Source: a virus
Taxonomy: Duplodnaviria; Caudoviricetes
DNA length: 64,000 bases
Reading direction: 5' to 3' (one strand)
Virus record (IMG/VR): IMGVR_UViG_3300012956_000016
Coordinates: 1-64,000 of that record
How positions within the stretch are numbered: the first letter of the stretch is position 1; the number at the start of each line of letters is the position of its first letter. Shown here piece after piece: positions 47,880 through 57,260 of this stretch. The notes under the pieces were generated by a model. That model did no database searches. It was not told the DNA's origin and saw only the letters and a program-made list of their open reading frames with translations. Made by a program: the position numbers and the translations under genes.

Positions 47880-47940
47880 AAACTAAAGGCCAGGATTACT
47901 CCCAGCCTATAGTGTATAGACAAGTGAGTTTCACTTATCT
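47880..47940 (-). terminator. Tandem hairpins; the second (47887-47908, GUAA loop) is followed by a T-rich tract
   Basis: Minus strand AGATAAGTGA-AAC-TCACTTGTCT, then AGGCTGGGA-GTAA-TCCTGGCCT-TTAGTTT. Confidence 0.55.
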
Positions 47941-47976
47941 ACTTAATGTACAAAATTTTGAGTAACTTTTTGAATA

Positions 47977-48264
47977 CTACGATAATACCGCAGCATCTGA
48001 TTCTTCAATCGGTGTAGGAGAAATAGCATCAGTTGAAGCTTTCACTTCTTCTTCTTTTACATCGTTATCCAACACGATTACATACTCAGGTTCTTTTTTG
48101 GCTTTAGGTTTTGCTTTGCTTAAACCGAAGGTCATCATCGCATCTTTGATTTCTGACTCTTTCACACCGAAGATAACTGCTACCATCTCGTGTGTATTTC
48201 CTAAACCTTTAAGTTTAGCTAATTCGCTTTTTTTAAGCACTACTTGTCTTGCTGTTGTTGACAT
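47977..48264 (-). CDS. Small protein, possible HTH-like
   Basis: THEMVAVIFGVKESEIKDAM helix-turn-helix-like pattern; acidic tail. Confidence 0.55.
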   Translation of the reverse strand: MSTTARQVVLKKSELAKLKGLGNTHEMVAVIFGVKESEIKDAMMTFGLSKAKPKAKKEPEYVIVLDNDVKEEEVKASTDAISPTPIEESDAAVLS

Positions 48265-48276
48265 ATATATTTGGAT

Positions 48277-48543
48277 TTATTTTGGGTTAAAAGTTTTATC
48301 AGCTGTTACATAAGCTTGATACATTGCGCGAAATTCATTACCTGTGGCTTGTGTAACTACATGTTTACCATCAGGTGTTTGGACTACAAACATAACTGTT
48401 GTTTGTCCACCGAGGGTACCTTTCTCAAGAATACCCATAGTAAAGTGATTAACATCTATCACATTTTCTATACTTAATCCTTTAATTAGAGGAATACCAT
48501 CACTGGCATCTTCTAAACTTTGTATTTTTATACTTACTGACAT
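48277..48543 (-). CDS. Hypothetical protein (88 aa)
   Basis: Coupled to the polymerase stop (TAATG); plausible beta-rich sequence. Confidence 0.6.
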   Translation of the reverse strand: MSVSIKIQSLEDASDGIPLIKGLSIENVIDVNHFTMGILEKGTLGGQTTVMFVVQTPDGKHVVTQATGNEFRAMYQAYVTADKTFNPK

Positions 48544-50498
48544 TAGTCAAAGTTTAGTGATAACTGAGCACCACTTGGTCCCAGTGTTATGTTGTTGATT
48601 TCTTTATAAATCTCTTGTAGATAAAAGGAGTCTTCTACATTATAGTCTTCCCATGCCTTTTTTTCATACTTGTTAAAGACTGTTTGCAACCATTGTCCAG
48701 CTTGATTCTGTATCTGCCTACCATCTTCTTTATGAGTCTTAACAATCTTCTTACCCTTATCACTTATGTAGTATCTAATAGTATCTTGAAGTTCTGTTTT
48801 AACTAGACCTTGGCTTCCTATACTCAACTCTTCAAATTTCCAGTCGTGACCTTTAATCCTGGACACACCACAGTAATCGTAAATATTACGATTATTAACT
48901 ATGTATGTTTCAGGAAGAATATCATTAACAAAGTAGTTGAATATTGCTTTAGAAACGATTAAGAAACTCTTGTTCTTATGTAAGTGAGTTGGTTTATAGT
49001 TTTGAAGATCTTCCCACTCAAATCTACCTTTACACTTAGTCTTACCGTCGCTGTAAACTGATATATAGTTGTTAATATCCCAGATGAACATCTTACTATA
49101 CTCAGCATATTCAAGAGTAAGTTTTGTCTTAGCTTCCCAATTCTTACAGATCTGATAGTATTTCTCTACATCGCTTCGTCGAATCCTCATCGTAATACCA
49201 TCGGTATTAGTTTGTAATAACTGAGAATCAGGAAGAGTTAATAGAAACTCTTCAGCTAGCATTGTGATCAGTAACTGACCATTGATAGTTGTCTGCATTG
49301 TGTACTGAGGATCATATAACCAAGAGTATTCACTATTAGAGTTACCATAAGTTGCATTAGCAGCTTCTTTAAACCCTTCGATAATAGCTATATCTCCTAA
49401 CTTACCCTTAGCTTTTTCTGCAAGACGAACTCCTACAATATCGTTCTTATAAGTCTGGAAAAACACTGGACCTAAATGGGCAGGATACATTCCATTTTGT
49501 ACAGCAATACTAGGATATAGTGAAGCAACATCACAGTCTATTATTATAAACTCAAGATCACTTTTATATATACCAGCTACTGACTGATGAACACCTCCGG
49601 ATCCGTATTCAAATTCGTAACTCATGAACCTTTGAGTATGCTTAAAACTACCCTTGGTATTATACACTGTGGTATCGAGTATAGTATCAAGAAGAGAGTT
49701 AAACTCTTTACTCTTAAAGGCTACATAAGGAAAAACAATATCTTTTAATACTATACTTTCCCTACGAGTTCTTCCTTGTTTTACTTCCCATGGGCTTTGA
49801 CCTGTTTTATCACAGTATAGCTTTAGTAGTAACTCACTTCCTATCTTAGTATTGGAATAGTTATAACAGGACATGTCATACTTGTTACCAATAGTCTTAC
49901 GGAGATTTATTTGTTTCTTACATAAATGCAAGATCCTTTTGGTTGAGCTAACATCATTCCTACAATAGGACTCGATGTCATCAACCTCTGTTTGTGTTTT
50001 AATTTCTGTTGTATGGTGGATAGGCATCTCTTGCAAGTTAGGCCAATCCATAGCATACTGGATCCATTTCAATGATGCTGACTTATTCACATTATCCCAA
50101 TGATTAGTTTTGAAGATATCAACCTGTCCGATTGATAACTTCCTCTCAGGAAACATAGCCCATTCTTTGGCTCTACTTCTCCTAATAACCTCTTGTGATT
50201 GTGCATAAATAGCACGAGCAGCTTCATCAGCTGTCATAGAAATAAGTAGAGCTTTGTTATTCAGAATATACTGTGTTATCTGACTATCAAAGTTTAGTCC
50301 ATTAAAAGATATATGAAGCTCTTTTAGCTTTTGATTTCGTTCTAGGAAATCGATAAACTTTTCTATATCGTTTCTCAGAGTATGAACGACAAATACTAAA
50401 GTAGTATTGTCGTCCTCTCTAAAGTCTTCGAATACAGCTAAGAAACAGTTACTAAGAGTTTCATAATCATGTACCCAATGTGTTTTCGGTATCTCCAT
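48543..50498 (-). CDS. Family B DNA polymerase with 3'-5' exonuclease domain
   Basis: ExoI HDYET, ExoII SFNGLNFD, ExoIII YCRNDV; motif A DCDVASLYPS, motif B KEAANATYG, motif C NTDG. Confidence 0.92.
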   Translation of the reverse strand: MEIPKTHWVHDYETLSNCFLAVFEDFREDDNTTLVFVVHTLRNDIEKFIDFLERNQKLKELHISFNGLNFDSQITQYILNNKALLISMTADEAARAIYAQSQEVIRRSRAKEWAMFPERKLSIGQVDIFKTNHWDNVNKSASLKWIQYAMDWPNLQEMPIHHTTEIKTQTEVDDIESYCRNDVSSTKRILHLCKKQINLRKTIGNKYDMSCYNYSNTKIGSELLLKLYCDKTGQSPWEVKQGRTRRESIVLKDIVFPYVAFKSKEFNSLLDTILDTTVYNTKGSFKHTQRFMSYEFEYGSGGVHQSVAGIYKSDLEFIIIDCDVASLYPSIAVQNGMYPAHLGPVFFQTYKNDIVGVRLAEKAKGKLGDIAIIEGFKEAANATYGNSNSEYSWLYDPQYTMQTTINGQLLITMLAEEFLLTLPDSQLLQTNTDGITMRIRRSDVEKYYQICKNWEAKTKLTLEYAEYSKMFIWDINNYISVYSDGKTKCKGRFEWEDLQNYKPTHLHKNKSFLIVSKAIFNYFVNDILPETYIVNNRNIYDYCGVSRIKGHDWKFEELSIGSQGLVKTELQDTIRYYISDKGKKIVKTHKEDGRQIQNQAGQWLQTVFNKYEKKAWEDYNVEDSFYLQEIYKEINNITLGPSGAQLSLNFD

Positions 50499-51036
50499 CA
50501 GTTTTCTTTATACCCCAGAAATATAGGTCATTAGACTCCATGTTTACTTTGAACTGGTATTCAGAAAAGATATTATCTACATCAACAGCTCCCCTGATAT
50601 TTTCGATATTAAGGTTTTTATAGTAGTTGGGCCAGATGTAGTTTGTATATGGTGATAGATCAGGAGTTCCTGACTTACTTGTACCATGTTCTTCTCTTCC
50701 TTCAGTTGCACATGTAAATAGAAACAAGCCTCCTGGCTTTAACATATTTACGATATTTTGTAAACTCTCCACGTAATGTTTATCGTGTTCAAAACACTCT
50801 GTTGAGATAATGGTATCGTACTGAATCTCTGGGTTGAACATATGGGTTTTTGTTACCACATCTACGTTCTCTCCTGAACCAAGATCAATACCAAGGTAGT
50901 GACAGTCTGTAAAATAAGACCTATTGTTACCGTTAATATCGAGTGATCCTACATCAAGTACTGTCTTGTTCTTAAAATGATCGGGGTATAATGTCAAAAC
51001 GCTGGTACAGAAATCTTGTTGTTCTTTATGTGCCAT
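50467..51036 (-). CDS. Class I SAM-dependent methyltransferase
   Basis: VLDVGS motif I, YLGIDL motif II, YDTIISTECFEHD, LKPGGLF. Confidence 0.85.
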   Translation of the reverse strand: MAHKEQQDFCTSVLTLYPDHFKNKTVLDVGSLDINGNNRSYFTDCHYLGIDLGSGENVDVVTKTHMFNPEIQYDTIISTECFEHDKHYVESLQNIVNMLKPGGLFLFTCATEGREEHGTSKSGTPDLSPYTNYIWPNYYKNLNIENIRGAVDVDNIFSEYQFKVNMESNDLYFWGIKKTDGDTENTLGT

Positions 51037-51050
51037 GGTTTCTAAAAATT

Positions 51051-51082
51051 AAAAAAGGGGAAAGCATACGCAATCCCCTCTT
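51051..51082 (-). terminator. Rho-independent terminator
   Basis: AAGAGGGGA...TCCCCTTTTTT on the minus strand. Confidence 0.7.
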
Positions 51083-51096
51083 ATAGGTTAGTAATA

Positions 51097-51528
51097 TTAG
51101 TCTTTACTTATTAGTTCGATCTTAGGTCCTTCGGTCGGAGCTACAATACTAGGTATTGCATCCGTATATTGTTTATAGTCGTAGCTATCTGCATTCTCGC
51201 ATAAAGCTTTGATCATTTCTTCTACTTCTGTTTTTTCATAGATAATAAACTCCATGAATGTTTGCATGAACTTACGTTCTTCTCTGTAATGTTTCTTATT
51301 CGGTCTCCCTTTTCCACCACCTACTAATTGTAGGTCACCATTGTCATCTAACTTTGGTATCATGTGAAAAGTATCTCTCGCTGTTTTAGAAAACAAAACT
51401 AATGATTTTGTTTCAGGGTCATAGACTCCTTCTGCATATGCACAATCAATACTGATCGGCATAAGTCTAAATGTTTTTTGTGACTGCCACGCACCGGTGA
51501 TTAGTCTCATTGTTTTTTGTGTTGACAT
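51097..51528 (-). CDS. Hypothetical protein
   Basis: 143-aa ORF with AAACCAACTCAAC leader, followed by a terminator. Confidence 0.65.
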   Translation of the reverse strand: MSTQKTMRLITGAWQSQKTFRLMPISIDCAYAEGVYDPETKSLVLFSKTARDTFHMIPKLDDNGDLQLVGGGKGRPNKKHYREERKFMQTFMEFIIYEKTEVEEMIKALCENADSYDYKQYTDAIPSIVAPTEGPKIELISKD

Positions 51529-51555
51529 GTTGAGTTGGTTTTTTGATTAGACAAA

Positions 51556-52122
51556 TTAACGTAAAACCTTGGTAACATCCAAGTCTTTAACATTCATTTT
51601 TAAAGTTTCTCTTTCGAGATCTGGTGGATTACATAGTTCTCCAACCGACTTTAATGTCTCAATCGTTTCTCCTACAAGATCTGCGTAAATACCGTAGTAC
51701 TTCTCAGGATGTAAAAAGCTTTCAACATAAGCGTAGCTGGAGTTGTTAACACCAGTGAAATTTTTGATTTTGTTTTTGGTACCGTAACTTAGTTTCGAGT
51801 ATTTACCGTCTATAAAGTGGTTCCAATCTTGTTTATATAGTGAAAAATCAAACACATATATACCTTGGTTATCTTCTACCTGTTTAAAATCATGGAAGAG
51901 AGAGTTACCAAAGAGTTTATTTTTTTCAAACATTCTGAACTCTTCGTCCGAACGTAGATGATATAAGCAAATAAGTTTAGCATCTTCTGGTTTATAAAAC
52001 CCATCCCAAGAAGAAAATACTTCTATAGGTGTGACACTTGATCCTCGCTTAATATCAAGAACAGGATACATAAATATCCTACTCTTCTGTACATAGTCTT
52101 TATGCAATGACGTTATCTTCAT
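51556..52122 (-). CDS. Hypothetical protein (start re-called to 52122)
   Basis: MKITSL start lies just after the upstream stop at 52133. Confidence 0.6.
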   Translation of the reverse strand: MKITSLHKDYVQKSRIFMYPVLDIKRGSSVTPIEVFSSWDGFYKPEDAKLICLYHLRSDEEFRMFEKNKLFGNSLFHDFKQVEDNQGIYVFDFSLYKQDWNHFIDGKYSKLSYGTKNKIKNFTGVNNSSYAYVESFLHPEKYYGIYADLVGETIETLKSVGELCNPPDLERETLKMNVKDLDVTKVLR

Positions 52123-52132
52123 AATGGTCTGA

Positions 52133-53134
52133 TTATAAATATACTTTACCTCGAGCAAAGTCGTATGGTAAGTTATAATCTCGGTTCTCGTAATGGTACA
52201 AACCTTGTCTGAGACTGTTGTTCAGTCTTCCTAACCATTCTAACATCGTTGATTTACTAACTTCAAACGCGTACACTTGTTGGTTATTATCTATAACAAT
52301 AAAGTTGAACTTAATAACCCATGAATCGTTAATAAACTCTTTGAAGAAGTCAAGGACTAATCTAAGGTATACAGCTGCCTGCATCCAGTAATTAAAGACC
52401 TCAACAGTATCTTTAAAATCTACTATTGATCTGTTGGTTGTTTTAAGATCGTTTATGTATATACGTTTGTTATCCGCATCAACTACGATGTTATCTATAA
52501 TACCTTTCAATCCAAAAGGGAATGCTTTTTCAAGCTCCATACTTAAGGACATCTCATTATAGATTTTAAAAGTATCGGTTTGTTCTTTACCTCTACCGAG
52601 TAACTCAGCTATCTGCTTGTTGCCCAAAAGTAAATCTTTACTTCTTAAACAATATTCCAATGTCTCTGCATCGACAATATTCTTGTCTCCCTTCATTTTC
52701 AAGAACTCGAAGTAGGAGATGTTTTGTTCTATAAGAACCTTATCCAGTCTTTGTTCATCAGTCTTTAAACTCTGGTGAAGATTGATCTCTTTAAGGAACT
52801 CGATTATGTCCGTTTCGTAATCAGCAAGGCTTTGCTTGTCAGACTCTAATGTATACAGACTAAACATTTTGTCAACTATTAGTTTGTTGTTACCTTCTGG
52901 TAACTTAGTTGGCGACACTACAAAGTAGTCGTTGAAGTGATTTTCTTCTAACATAAGGCAATGAATCACTTTACCTTGTACTAGATGACTATCCATCCGG
53001 TCTTCTCTTTGTAATAATACATAGTGGTTATAAAAGGAACCTGGAGAATACATCAGTCTCTTTAAGCTTGAGTAACTAAAATATAGTTTCTTAGCGTAGA
53101 AACTTTCTTCCATCATGTGTGTTAGATCTTCCAT
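52133..53134 (-). CDS. PD-(D/E)XK exonuclease (RecE/DUF3799-like)
   Basis: FSYSSLK, GKVIH, LKGIIDNI, INDLKTT, QAAVY. Confidence 0.85.
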   Translation of the reverse strand: MEDLTHMMEESFYAKKLYFSYSSLKRLMYSPGSFYNHYVLLQREDRMDSHLVQGKVIHCLMLEENHFNDYFVVSPTKLPEGNNKLIVDKMFSLYTLESDKQSLADYETDIIEFLKEINLHQSLKTDEQRLDKVLIEQNISYFEFLKMKGDKNIVDAETLEYCLRSKDLLLGNKQIAELLGRGKEQTDTFKIYNEMSLSMELEKAFPFGLKGIIDNIVVDADNKRIYINDLKTTNRSIVDFKDTVEVFNYWMQAAVYLRLVLDFFKEFINDSWVIKFNFIVIDNNQQVYAFEVSKSTMLEWLGRLNNSLRQGLYHYENRDYNLPYDFARGKVYL

Positions 53135-54321
53135 TAAAGGTTAAAATTTGGTTCCCCTAAAGGTACAACTTTTTCAGATAATTCCTCAACAGTTTGCTTA
53201 ACAAATCCTGCTGTTATCTCTTCTGGCGGGTTCTGCTCATCATCTTCTTTCAATGCATCAAGCACTGCTTGTGAGAAGCTTATTTGTTCACAAAATAGAT
53301 GAGTATACCTTAAAGTTGCTGTCATCTCATCTCTAACAAAAGGAAGTATCAAGTTCAAGTTAGCCCTGGTTAATAACTTCTTTTTTAACAAAGAGTCGAT
53401 GATGTCATTAAGGTTAAGATGTAAGATCGGTACACCAAAGTAAGTAAGCATGGATTTAAAGTTCACATGATCTTTGTTCTTAACGTTATAGATCTTATTA
53501 CCAAACTCTCGGATAAGTAACATGATATAAACAGCTGATTCTCTATAGTCTACGTTAGCCATAAAAGCCATCGCTACTTTATGATTCTCTACATCGGGAC
53601 TATTAAAAGAATCCTTGATAGTTTCGTAGATCTCTTGATCCATTATAACTCCAGTATTTAACCCGATTAAAATATCATCTTGACCAAAGTACTTACTATT
53701 AGGAGCTGTAATCTCTTTCAGTATATCATAAGAAGCTTCATCTTTAACCTGAATGAAATGACTATCATAACCAACAGGGTTACTATTTTCATCTAAAGGG
53801 ATGTTAATCATAACACCAAAAGGAGTAGTATTCGAAGTTAAATCTTCAAATATATCATCAGATACACTAACATATTGGAAGTTCTCATTAACATCTTTCA
53901 TGTCATGTTTTAACTGAAGAGTACGAGGATCTCCTAAAGGGAACATGTCCTCAACAAATTTGCTAAAAGTATCCCAAGATATTCTTGCATCACGTTTTAG
54001 TACAAACAAATCTTTATAAGACTCTGGTCCCATAATGACTACATTTGCTCTGATCTTGAATTTAACAGGAGCTACTTTATGTTTACTGCAGTATTCTTTT
54101 AGTTTAAATCGTGGGATGTTACACCCTGGAAAGAAATAGATCTTATCGTTTGCTTTAGGCTCGTATTTTTTGTCTTTAAAAAGACTTTGGTTTACCTGAA
54201 TATAAAGATTATCATCAGGATTTTTGCTCACATCATAAGTGTTGAACTCATAAGTAAACTTTGGACCATGTGGAGTAGTTTCCACACCAGTAATATGTAT
54301 CGTTTTTTTAAATTGATCCAT
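53134..54321 (-). CDS. Protein with possible BRCT-like N-terminal region and a helical domain paralogous to 56788..57231
   Basis: IYFFPG...RFKLKEY...ANVVIMG BRCT-like pattern; SPDVENHKVAM...SAVYIMLL shared motif. Confidence 0.55.
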   Translation of the reverse strand: MDQFKKTIHITGVETTPHGPKFTYEFNTYDVSKNPDDNLYIQVNQSLFKDKKYEPKANDKIYFFPGCNIPRFKLKEYCSKHKVAPVKFKIRANVVIMGPESYKDLFVLKRDARISWDTFSKFVEDMFPLGDPRTLQLKHDMKDVNENFQYVSVSDDIFEDLTSNTTPFGVMINIPLDENSNPVGYDSHFIQVKDEASYDILKEITAPNSKYFGQDDILIGLNTGVIMDQEIYETIKDSFNSPDVENHKVAMAFMANVDYRESAVYIMLLIREFGNKIYNVKNKDHVNFKSMLTYFGVPILHLNLNDIIDSLLKKKLLTRANLNLILPFVRDEMTATLRYTHLFCEQISFSQAVLDALKEDDEQNPPEEITAGFVKQTVEELSEKVVPLGEPNFNL

Positions 54322-54326
54322 AACAG

Positions 54327-54357
54327 TAAAATAAAGAGGGAACCGAAGTCCCCTCTT
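54327..54357 (-). terminator. Rho-independent terminator with C-UUCG-G tetraloop
   Basis: AAGAGGGGAC-TTCG-GTTCCCTCTTT-ATTTT on the minus strand. Confidence 0.8.
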
Positions 54358-54362
54358 AGTTA

Positions 54363-55553
54363 TTATTTAACAGACATTTTCATAACCTCTGCATTGGTCA
54401 TCATCTTTTGGAACTTTTGAGTGTTCGCGTTGTAGATCTTTTTAACAAGTAAGTACATGATATCATTCGAGAAGATCTCAGGATCAGTACAGAATCTGAT
54501 TAAACGTTTAGACATATCATCAGTTACCGGATGATTTTCTGTGTAGTTGATAGTGTAGTTGATTAAACGAGTAGCTAATGTGCTCGCAATATCAGCTCTG
54601 AACTTATCACCACGTCCAATAGAGTTTCTCAACTCACCAACAATGTAAGCTTCATTCTCATGAAGTAACATATCTCTTGGGCTTGTCAACTTATCTAACT
54701 TGTTATTGATAAACAAGGTAAACATAGTTGCAAAGTTAGGACCTACACTTCCTTCTCCGATCATTTGGATTAAACCCAACTGAGCATCAAAGTCAGGGAT
54801 AGAACTGATAGAGTTAAAGAAAGTCATTACACTTCTCGGATTCACATCGCGTGTAATAACTTCTGGATGTAATAACAAAAAGTTAATACATCTACTATCT
54901 ACTCCTACTTTCTCAGCCCAACGAGCCCATACTTCTACATTAAACTTAAATCTAACACTTGCAAAACGAGTTTTTTGTGCTGGATCTAATGCAGTTACAG
55001 AATAGTTACCATCATCAGGATTAGTTGTAAGAATGATATGCCAATCAGGAGGTAATTTCCAAGACATATACTGTTGAGTTTCTATCAAGGTCATGGTTGC
55101 TTGCATGAACCTTGCATCAGCTCTGGTGTAATCATCTAATAATAAGATACCACCTTTAGTTCTACCTTGAATGAACTCTGGAGCAGCATGTGACATTCGT
55201 CTTTCACCTGTAGGGTTATAACCATTTGTGATATGCTGAGGAATACTATTCTCAGTAACCCACATATAGTTTGTTCCGTTTGTAACTTCATACTCTTTTA
55301 AAGGAAATCCTACTAAGTCACCAAGTTCTTCGATTTGTGCAAGATTAATCCTGCAAATATCTAAACCTAATTCTTTAGCAAGTTGCTCTACGGCAGAAGT
55401 TTTACCTATCCCGGCTTCTCCTTCTATATTTACACATACAGGTACTGCACCTTTAGCTTGTAATGCTCTGTTATTGTTTACAATATGTATTAAAAACTCT
55501 TTTAATTCTTCAGCATGTAATTCTACTTGTACTTTTGCTTCTTTAGTCGCCAT
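54363..55553 (-). CDS. MoxR-like AAA+ ATPase
   Basis: Walker A GEAGIGKT, DLVGFP, Walker B LLLDD, TTN, AQKTRF, NPRS. Confidence 0.85.
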   Translation of the reverse strand: MATKEAKVQVELHAEELKEFLIHIVNNNRALQAKGAVPVCVNIEGEAGIGKTSAVEQLAKELGLDICRINLAQIEELGDLVGFPLKEYEVTNGTNYMWVTENSIPQHITNGYNPTGERRMSHAAPEFIQGRTKGGILLLDDYTRADARFMQATMTLIETQQYMSWKLPPDWHIILTTNPDDGNYSVTALDPAQKTRFASVRFKFNVEVWARWAEKVGVDSRCINFLLLHPEVITRDVNPRSVMTFFNSISSIPDFDAQLGLIQMIGEGSVGPNFATMFTLFINNKLDKLTSPRDMLLHENEAYIVGELRNSIGRGDKFRADIASTLATRLINYTINYTENHPVTDDMSKRLIRFCTDPEIFSNDIMYLLVKKIYNANTQKFQKMMTNAEVMKMSVK

Positions 55554-55562
55554 GTTTTAATG

Positions 55563-56801
55563 TTAATTTAGTTTTATCTGGAAGCCCTCCAGTTCGGGAT
55601 TTTCTCTTGATTGTGATGACATAACCCATAATACAGGTCCTCGGCATTTATCAGGTGCCGGTGCTTCCCCATCAGTAAGATAGATGAGACAGTTATACTT
55701 ATTATGATTTTCGTCATAGTAATCGGTAACAGGATGGAAGCTTGTACCTCCACGACCGTGGATCTCAAAGTCAAGCTTTGGATCAAACTTACCGATATAA
55801 CTAATAGAACTATCACACTGTATAATAGTTACTTCAGTACCTGTTCTATGAATATGGGTGATTTCACTTAAGAACTCAACTAATTCATTAGTGCTTACAG
55901 ATCCTGATGTATCTACTGCAACAAGTATTCTTCTTTTAGGTTTTATCTTAAGACCTGGATTCTCTTCAAATCTTACGTTAAGTTTCTTACGAGACTTTTT
56001 AGTAAAGACATTGTTAGAACCTCCAGCAAATCTTCTTAAGAAAGCTCTCCAGTTAAACTTAGGTTCTTCAAGCTCTTCAATTCGCTTAAGAATTTCAGCT
56101 AGTTCTCCTGGTACAGTTCCTCTACTTTTTACTACTTGATCTGCTACAGCTTTGATAACATGTTCTGCTTGTGCTTTAACTAACTTCTGAGTTGCCTCAT
56201 CCATATCTTTAAAGTCTTTCCAAGTAGAGTGATCAGGAGCTTGGGTAGGATCAACAGTTCCTCCTGGACCTTGTAAGTCAACCATTACTGGTTTTCCTCC
56301 TTGTCCAGGTTGACCCATACCTTGCATAGCTTGAAGCATTGCATTTAAGTTAGGACAGTTACCTTTCTGTTTACCTTGCTGAAGCTTCTCGTAGTAATAA
56401 AGAGTACCTTTCTTTGGTTCGAGTTTTAACTCGGGGTAGGAAGAAGGTAATTGGGGTCCTGGTGGTAAATACTTAGGATCAATGTACTGATTTATCTCTA
56501 TATCCATGGCAATGTTTGCAATATCATGGTCGCTTAGGTGATTAAAGTCAGTAACATGAAAGAAAGCAATATGTAATAACTCATGCTTCAGTAACCCTCT
56601 ATGTTGTAATGGTCCAAGACTATTCCAAAACTCCTCGTTAATATCCAACTGATAGTTAATACCATTAGAAGATACTCCGGCAGTAGGAACTCTTGAACTC
56701 CATACTTTGTTCAACATAATGAGGAACAAACCATAGAAAGGTTCTGCAAGCATAAGGTCTTTTGAAGCTTTCGCTAAAGCCTCTGATTTATTTGGTAGCA
56801 T
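55563..56801 (-). CDS. DUF2201-type metallopeptidase-vWA protein
   Basis: LKHELLH HExxH with DIEINQ; C-terminal AVDTSGS MIDAS, GRGGT, YLTDG. Confidence 0.85.
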   Translation of the reverse strand: MLPNKSEALAKASKDLMLAEPFYGLFLIMLNKVWSSRVPTAGVSSNGINYQLDINEEFWNSLGPLQHRGLLKHELLHIAFFHVTDFNHLSDHDIANIAMDIEINQYIDPKYLPPGPQLPSSYPELKLEPKKGTLYYYEKLQQGKQKGNCPNLNAMLQAMQGMGQPGQGGKPVMVDLQGPGGTVDPTQAPDHSTWKDFKDMDEATQKLVKAQAEHVIKAVADQVVKSRGTVPGELAEILKRIEELEEPKFNWRAFLRRFAGGSNNVFTKKSRKKLNVRFEENPGLKIKPKRRILVAVDTSGSVSTNELVEFLSEITHIHRTGTEVTIIQCDSSISYIGKFDPKLDFEIHGRGGTSFHPVTDYYDENHNKYNCLIYLTDGEAPAPDKCRGPVLWVMSSQSRENPELEGFQIKLN

Positions 56802-57231
56802 TTGCTCCTTCTTTTACGTTTAACTTGATTTCGATACCTTCAACAAAGTCGTACCCCATGTCTTTAACAGACTTGAATACATACTCTCCGAAGTAATCCA
56901 GAAAGAACTGGATATCTTTCTCAGGAGCCTTTTGTGCACCTAAGATTTTTAGGATCTGTTTGTACTGACAAACTTTGTCAGGATCAGCTCCTATAGTTTT
57001 TAAGAACTTGTAAGCTTCTGGAGCTTGTTTCTTCCAGGTTTCCCCGTTCGGTTTACAGATCTTTTTAAGTAATAAGATATAAACTAAACTAGCTTTTCTA
57101 TTACAGTTTTCTATAACAGCAAGTGCTACATTTACATTCTCTTGATCTGTTGAATCAAGCATACCTCTTACATTAGCAAATGTGCTTGCATCAAGCACCA
57201 ATTTTTCTGATTCTTTTACTTCGTTTTCCAT
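56788..57231 (-). CDS. Helical protein paralogous to part of 53134..54321 (start re-called to 57231)
   Basis: STDQENVNVAL...SLVYILLL motif; overlaps the vWA start. Confidence 0.6.
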   Translation of the reverse strand: MENEVKESEKLVLDASTFANVRGMLDSTDQENVNVALAVIENCNRKASLVYILLLKKICKPNGETWKKQAPEAYKFLKTIGADPDKVCQYKQILKILGAQKAPEKDIQFFLDYFGEYVFKSVKDMGYDFVEGIEIKLNVKEGANATK

Positions 57232-57260
57232 ATGATTTTTTAGTTTTTCCGGGAATATCC

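Noticed and set aside
50467-51036. DNA methyltransferase or restriction-modification role
   Set aside because: Lacks the (D/N)PP(Y/F) or PC catalytic motifs, and no cognate endonuclease is adjacent
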